From positions 1-64,000 of the forward strand of contig JBBQSO010000014.1 of the NCBI GenBank assembly GCA_038213805.1: a stretch of 64,000 bases of DNA, read 5' to 3'. Below, in pieces: positions 59,171-64,000 of this stretch. A program made the position numbers and the translations under genes. Below the pieces are notes generated by a model that ran no database searches, was not told where the DNA came from, and saw only the letters and a program-made list of their open reading frames with translations. Each line of letters opens with the position of its first letter. The first letter of the stretch is position 1. Source of the stretch: Planctomycetota bacterium. Its GTDB lineage: Bacteria > Planctomycetota > UBA11346.

Positions 59171-61144
59171 CTACGCGGGCGGGCGTTCATCCGGCAACGT
59201 GAACAAGAAGGTCGCGCCCTGGTCGGGCGTGGCCTCCGCCCAGATGCGGCCGCCATGGCGCTGGATGATGCGGCGTACCGTGGCCAGGCCGATGCCGGTG
59301 CCCTCGAAGTCGTCGCTGCGGTGCAGGCGCTGGAAGGCGCCGAAGAGCTTGTCGGCCAGCGCCATGTCGAAGCCGGCGCCATTGTCGGCGATACGGAAGA
59401 CGCGCTCGCCGTCCTGCTCGATCGCGTCGACGATGATGCGCACGGACGCGCGGCGCGCGGAATACTTCCAGGCATTGCCGAGCAGGTTGATCAGTACGAT
59501 GTGCAGCAGGCGCGCGTCGCCGTGCACGCCCAGGCCCGGCGCGATGGTGGTGACGACCGCGCGCCCGGGCTCGGCCAGGCGCAGCTGCCGGTCGACCTCA
59601 CCGGCCATGGTCGAGAGATCGACCGGCGCGCGCACCAGGTCGCCGCGCGCCACCCGCGCCAGGCTGAGCAGCGCCTCGATGAGCTGGCCCATGCTGGTGG
59701 CGGCGCGGGCGATGCGCCCGAGGTAGTCCTGGCCGCGCGCGTCGAGCAGCGGCGCGTAATCCTCGCTCAGCGCCCGACTGAAGCCGGCCAGGCTGCGCAG
59801 CGGTGCGCGCAGGTCGTGGGAAGCGGAATAGCTGAAGGCCTCCAGCTCGTGGAAGCGCGCCTCGAGGTCGTCGAGCAGTGCGGCGCGCGCCTCGGCCTGC
59901 TCCTGCGCGGCGCGCATGCCGGCGGCGAGCAGCTCGCGGCGCTGCTGCTGCTCGCGCTGCGCGCGCACCTCGCCCACCGACTGTTGGCGGCGCAGCAGCG
60001 CGCGCAGGCGGGCGCGCACCACCTCAAGGTCGCCGTCCTTGGGCGCGCTGCCGTCCGCGCCGAGGTCGACGCTGGCGATCTGGGCCTCGCGCGACTCCCC
60101 GGCGGTTGTGATCAGCAGCGGGATGTCGCGCCATGCCGGGGACTGCTTGATGCGCAGACAGGTCTCCGGACCACTGAGGCCGCCGACATCCAGGTCGAGC
60201 AGGATCGCGTCGACCGCCTGCACCGCGAGCAGCTCGAGCGCCTCGTCTCCGGAGCGCGCGGCGATGGTCTCGCAGCCGTCATCGCGCAGGCGGTCGCCCA
60301 GACGCTGCGGCCACGCAGGATCTTCGTCGATCACCAGGATGCGCTTGGGTCCATGCAGGCTCGCGGCGTCCGGCTCGCCACCGGCCGCGAGCCAGCCGCG
60401 CACCAGTCCATCGACGCGCGCCACCGCCACGCCCATCTCATGATCCTTGCGCAGGAACCCGTCGGCGCCGGCCTCGAGCGCGCGCAGCTCCTCATCGGGC
60501 GCGTCGCTGGCGGTCAGCAGCAGACAGGCGGTGAGGCGCATGACGCGGTCGTGGCGCAGGCGCCGGATCACGGTCAGGCCATCGACGCCCGGCAGCACGC
60601 GGTCGACCACCGCCACCGCCGGGCGCTGCGCGGCGGCAAGTGCGAGACCCTCCTCGCCATTCGCGGCGACCACCACCGCCATGCCGGCGGCGCGTAGCTC
60701 GGCCGCGAAGCGCTCGCGGAAGGTGGCGCTGTCGTCGATGACCAGCACCAAGGCGCGGCGCGCTGCGGTGGGCTGGCGGGCCGCGACCAGGGTGCGGGCG
60801 CGGTTCACCACATAGGCGGGATCGTAGGGCTTGCCGACGTAATCGTCGGCGCCGGTGCGCAGGCCGCGCACGCGGTCGCGCACCTCGGCCTCACCCGACA
60901 GCATCATCACCGGCAGGATGGAGGTCAGCGGATCGTCGCGCAGCGCGCGCAACAGATCGATGCCGTCGCCGTCGGGGAGCTGCACATCGAGGACCACCAG
61001 CGCGAAAGCGGCCGCGGCGAGCGCCTCGCGCGCCGCGGCCAGGGTGGCGCAGGTGGTCACCGCGAAACCGGCGGCCGCGAGGTGCTCGGCGAGGTCCATG
61101 CGCACCGTCAGGCTGTCGTCGACGACCAGGACGGCAGGGATCAT
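59171..61144 (-). CDS. Hybrid histidine kinase with three N-terminal receiver domains
   Basis: Three REC repeats (VLVVDDS, VLVIDDS, ILVIDED). FSYSASHDLRAPL H-box, NLLGNAWKY, DNGAGF, F..FQRLH, GTGIGLA. Confidence 0.93.
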   Translation of the reverse strand: MIPAVLVVDDSLTVRMDLAEHLAAAGFAVTTCATLAAAREALAAAAFALVVLDVQLPDGDGIDLLRALRDDPLTSILPVMMLSGEAEVRDRVRGLRTGADDYVGKPYDPAYVVNRARTLVAARQPTAARRALVLVIDDSATFRERFAAELRAAGMAVVVAANGEEGLALAAAQRPAVAVVDRVLPGVDGLTVIRRLRHDRVMRLTACLLLTASDAPDEELRALEAGADGFLRKDHEMGVAVARVDGLVRGWLAAGGEPDAASLHGPKRILVIDEDPAWPQRLGDRLRDDGCETIAARSGDEALELLAVQAVDAILLDLDVGGLSGPETCLRIKQSPAWRDIPLLITTAGESREAQIASVDLGADGSAPKDGDLEVVRARLRALLRRQQSVGEVRAQREQQQRRELLAAGMRAAQEQAEARAALLDDLEARFHELEAFSYSASHDLRAPLRSLAGFSRALSEDYAPLLDARGQDYLGRIARAATSMGQLIEALLSLARVARGDLVRAPVDLSTMAGEVDRQLRLAEPGRAVVTTIAPGLGVHGDARLLHIVLINLLGNAWKYSARRASVRIIVDAIEQDGERVFRIADNGAGFDMALADKLFGAFQRLHRSDDFEGTGIGLATVRRIIQRHGGRIWAEATPDQGATFLFTLPDERPPA

Positions 61145-62202
61145 GGGGTCTCCGGGGCGGTGCCCTGGACCAGGCGGGTGAGTTCGGCGGCGATGCCCCC
61201 GAGCGGCAGGACGCGGCCGGCGGCGCCGATCTCACTGGCCTCGCGCGGCATCCCGAAGACCACCGACGTGGCCTCGTCCTGGGCGATGGTGGTGGCGCCG
61301 GCGTTGCGCATCGCGAGCAGACCCTGCGCACCGTCCCGCCCCATGCCGGTGAGCAGGCAGCCGATGGCGCGCGGGCCGAGCGCGGCGAGCGAGGAGAAGA
61401 GCACGTCGACCGATGGCCGGCAGGAGTGCCGCGGTGCGTCTGCAGTCAGGCGCAGGCAGCCGCCCTGCAGCACCAGGTGGCGCTCGGGCGGGGCGACGAT
61501 CACGCGCCCGCCACCGCTGGGCAGCGGCTCGCCGTCGACCGCGTTGGCGACGTGCAGCGGCGTGTACTGGTCGAGCCAGCGCGCGAAGTCGTCGCCGAAC
61601 GGCGCGCCGATGTGGATCACCGCCAGGATCGGCACCGGGAACGCCGCATCCAGGCCGCCGAGCAGGCGCACCAGCGCGCCCGGACCGCCGGTAGAGGTCC
61701 CGATCGCCACCGCGGCGAAGCCGCGTGGCTTCGCCTGTTGGCGGCTGAAGCTGTCGGTGCCCGGGGTGCGCACTGGCAAACGCCCGCGCAGGTGGGTGAT
61801 GACCTTGATGCGCGAGACCAACTTGGTGCGCGCAACCAGACGGCGCTCCCAGTCATGCCTGGGCTCCGTCCCGGAAGACTTTTCCAAAACCTCGAGCGCG
61901 CCCGCGGCCAACGCCGCATACGTCTGAAAGTGCTCGCCGCGGTTGTCGGCGGCCGAGACCACCAGGATCGGGGTGGGCTGGTGCGCCATGATCTGCTCGG
62001 TGACCGCCAGCCCGTCGACGCCGGGCAGCACCAGGTCGAGGGTGATGACGTCCGGGCGCAGCGCGCGGCATTGGGCGATGGCGTCGGCGCCGTCGGCGGC
62101 CTCGCCAACCACCTCGAGATCGGGATCAGCGGCGAGGACCTCGACCATGCGCCGGCGCACGGTCAGGGAATCCTCGACGACCAGGACGCGGATGCGCGGC
62201 AC
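61141..62202 (-). CDS. cheB: Chemotaxis methylesterase CheB (REC + esterase)
   Basis: REC domain, then GTSTGGP (Ser), VIH (His), RPSVDVLF, LTGMGRDGA.G (Asp), QDE.TSVVFGMP. Confidence 0.95.
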   Translation of the reverse strand: MPRIRVLVVEDSLTVRRRMVEVLAADPDLEVVGEAADGADAIAQCRALRPDVITLDLVLPGVDGLAVTEQIMAHQPTPILVVSAADNRGEHFQTYAALAAGALEVLEKSSGTEPRHDWERRLVARTKLVSRIKVITHLRGRLPVRTPGTDSFSRQQAKPRGFAAVAIGTSTGGPGALVRLLGGLDAAFPVPILAVIHIGAPFGDDFARWLDQYTPLHVANAVDGEPLPSGGGRVIVAPPERHLVLQGGCLRLTADAPRHSCRPSVDVLFSSLAALGPRAIGCLLTGMGRDGAQGLLAMRNAGATTIAQDEATSVVFGMPREASEIGAAGRVLPLGGIAAELTRLVQGTAPETP

Positions 62203-62204
62203 GG

Positions 62205-64000
62205 TCAGCCCTCCAGCCCGCGGATGATCTCAAGTAGCCGGTTCTGGTCGAACTCGGACTTGGCGATGTAGGCGTGAGCGCCCGCCGCCGCGCCCCGGGC
62301 GCGGTCCTCGGGCGCGTTGCGCGAGGTCACCATGATGGCCGGCACGCGGCCCAGACGCGGGTCCGCGCGGGTGCGCGCCACGAAGGTGTAGCCATCCATG
62401 CCGGGCATCTCGACGTCGACCACGAAGACCGCGTAGTCGCGCCGCGCCGCCATCGCCAGAGCCTGTTCGGCCGAGGCGGCGCTCTCGACCTCGTAGCCCG
62501 CCGCCTCGAGGATGCTGCGCTCAAGCGCACGCGTGGTGAGCGAATCGTCGATCACCAGAATGGGCGCACGGCGCAGGACAGTCTGGTGATGGCCACGTGC
62601 GCCGTACCATGCACGCACCGCCTGCACCGTGCCCGGCGCATCCAGCACCAGGCGCGGGCCGCCCCCCTCGTCGAGTTCGGCGCCAGCCAGGAACGCCACC
62701 GGCGCGCAGCCCGCCGGCAGCGGCCGCAACGCGACCTCGGCGGTGCCGAGGAGGCGGTCCACGCCGAGCGCGGCGGTGGACCCGCCGGCCTCGATCAGCA
62801 CCACCGTCCAGGTGCCCACGACGCGCGCCACCGGCGCCGCCCCCAGCAGGGTGGCCAGCGCCAGGAATGGCACCGTGGTTTCGTTGACGAGCAGGAAGTC
62901 GCAACCATTCGAAACCACCAGCTCGCGCACCGCGACGCGCTGCGTGCGCCGCACCGCATCAAGCGGCACCGCCACGGTGCGCCCCTGCGCCTCGACCAGC
63001 AACGCCGGCAGCGACGACAGCGCGACCGGTAGGTCGATGTCGACCACCGTGCCCTGCCCCGGCCGGCTGGCGAGCGCGACCACGCCACCGGCACCCTCCA
63101 GCGCCGCGCGCAAGGCATCGAGGCCGACCCCGCGCCCGGCGAGGGTGGTGGTTGCGGCCATCGTGGAAAGGCCGCCGCGCAGCAGCAAGGCGTGCAGCGC
63201 GGCGGGGTCGAGCGCCGCGGCCTCGGCGGGGGTGAGCCGCCCGCGCTCCGCCGCGCTGGCGCGCACCGCGGCGAGGTCGACGCCACGACCATCGTCGCGC
63301 AGCGTGACGCGCACCCGCCCGCCGTGGCGCACGACCTCGAGGCGCACCGTGCCGACCCCAGGCTTGCCAGCCGTGGCCCGCACCGCGGCCGGCTCCAGGC
63401 CGTGCACGACAGCGTTGCGCACTGCGTGCGGCAGGACCTCGGCGAGCAGCCCGTGCAGCGCCGCCTCGATGCCGATGGCGCCGCCGACGGCCTGCCAGCG
63501 CGCCGGCACCGCAAGCTCCTGCGCGGCATCGCGCAGCACGCGCTCGAGCGGCCCGAACAGGCTCGCGGCCGGCAGCAGCCGCATACGCGCAGCGCGCTCG
63601 CGAATGTCGCGCAGATCGCGCTGCGCGCGCTCACGGCCGGCCTCCAGCCGACCCTGCAGATGCTGCAGACGCTCGCCGAGTTCGCCGACGATGGCGCGGC
63701 CGCGCGCCGCGGCGGGGCCCGCCTGCGCCACCACCTCGCCGAGCGCCAGCACCAGGGCACGGGTGGCGGTGAGCTCCTCGGGCTCGGCAGTCATGCTGGC
63801 GAGATCCTGGCCGAGCGTGGCGACTCCGGCGAGCAGCGCCTCGGTCTCGCTGGTCTCGATGCGCACCGCCAATGCCGACCCGCGGACCGGGTCTGCGGCC
63901 GTCGGCGAGGTGGCCGAGGCGGGTACATCAGGCGCAGGCTGCGGCGCGTCGAGCAGTGCCAGCGCGGCGCGCATGGCATCGACCAGCTTGATCGCGGCGT
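62205..64000 (-). CDS. cheA: CheA-like kinase with CheW and REC domains (5' end outside the window)
   Basis: HAVRNAV.HGLE, DDGRGVD, GLST...GRGVGL, PGQGT, a CheW-like domain and a C-terminal REC. The frame stays open to the window edge. Confidence 0.9.
   Translation of the reverse strand, partial: AAIKLVDAMRAALALLDAPQPAPDVPASATSPTAADPVRGSALAVRIETSETEALLAGVATLGQDLASMTAEPEELTATRALVLALGEVVAQAGPAAARGRAIVGELGERLQHLQGRLEAGRERAQRDLRDIRERAARMRLLPAASLFGPLERVLRDAAQELAVPARWQAVGGAIGIEAALHGLLAEVLPHAVRNAVVHGLEPAAVRATAGKPGVGTVRLEVVRHGGRVRVTLRDDGRGVDLAAVRASAAERGRLTPAEAAALDPAALHALLLRGGLSTMAATTTLAGRGVGLDALRAALEGAGGVVALASRPGQGTVVDIDLPVALSSLPALLVEAQGRTVAVPLDAVRRTQRVAVRELVVSNGCDFLLVNETTVPFLALATLLGAAPVARVVGTWTVVLIEAGGSTAALGVDRLLGTAEVALRPLPAGCAPVAFLAGAELDEGGGPRLVLDAPGTVQAVRAWYGARGHHQTVLRRAPILVIDDSLTTRALERSILEAAGYEVESAASAEQALAMAARRDYAVFVVDVEMPGMDGYTFVARTRADPRLGRVPAIMVTSRNAPEDRARGAAAGAHAYIAKSEFDQNRLLEIIRGLEG

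Overview
Very GC-rich bacterial DNA, probably from a Planctomycetota/PVC organism (inferred from gene content only). In order, the window holds: (1) a ~2,050-aa secreted hypothetical protein; (2) a 6.4-12.8 kb accessory island with IS66 and IS4 relics plus a nitric-oxide response module (exported YHS-truncated-globin fusion, NsrR-like Rrf2 with a near-consensus operator, hemerythrin, mini-RIC, qNor); (3) a secreted hydrolase and a cyclophilin; (4) a nearly complete dcw cluster on the minus strand (mraZ, rsmH, ftsL, ftsI, murE, murF, mraY, ftsW, murG, murC, murB, ddl, ftsQ, ftsA-like); (5) glbO, alr, a GNAT, rimO, a lipoprotein, an ECF sigma module, glmS and a YyaL-family protein; (6) a chagasin inhibitor and a C1A protease separated by a small carbohydrate-related island; (7) thuA/LacI; (8) a MoxR-ABC-DUF58 operon; (9) the 3' part of a chemosensory cluster (CheA-CheB-multi-receiver kinase). 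The dcw cluster has no ftsZ and no murD. It carries a degenerate FtsA, three small translationally coupled unknown ORFs, and a divergent MraZ with a matching divergent 10-bp-periodic operator. Several families of short tandem and palindromic repeat elements (7-mers, CCGGACTT 8-mers, a 226-bp IR element) occupy gene junctions. No rRNA, tRNA or CRISPR array was seen. All functional calls come from recognising motifs by eye, not from database searches.
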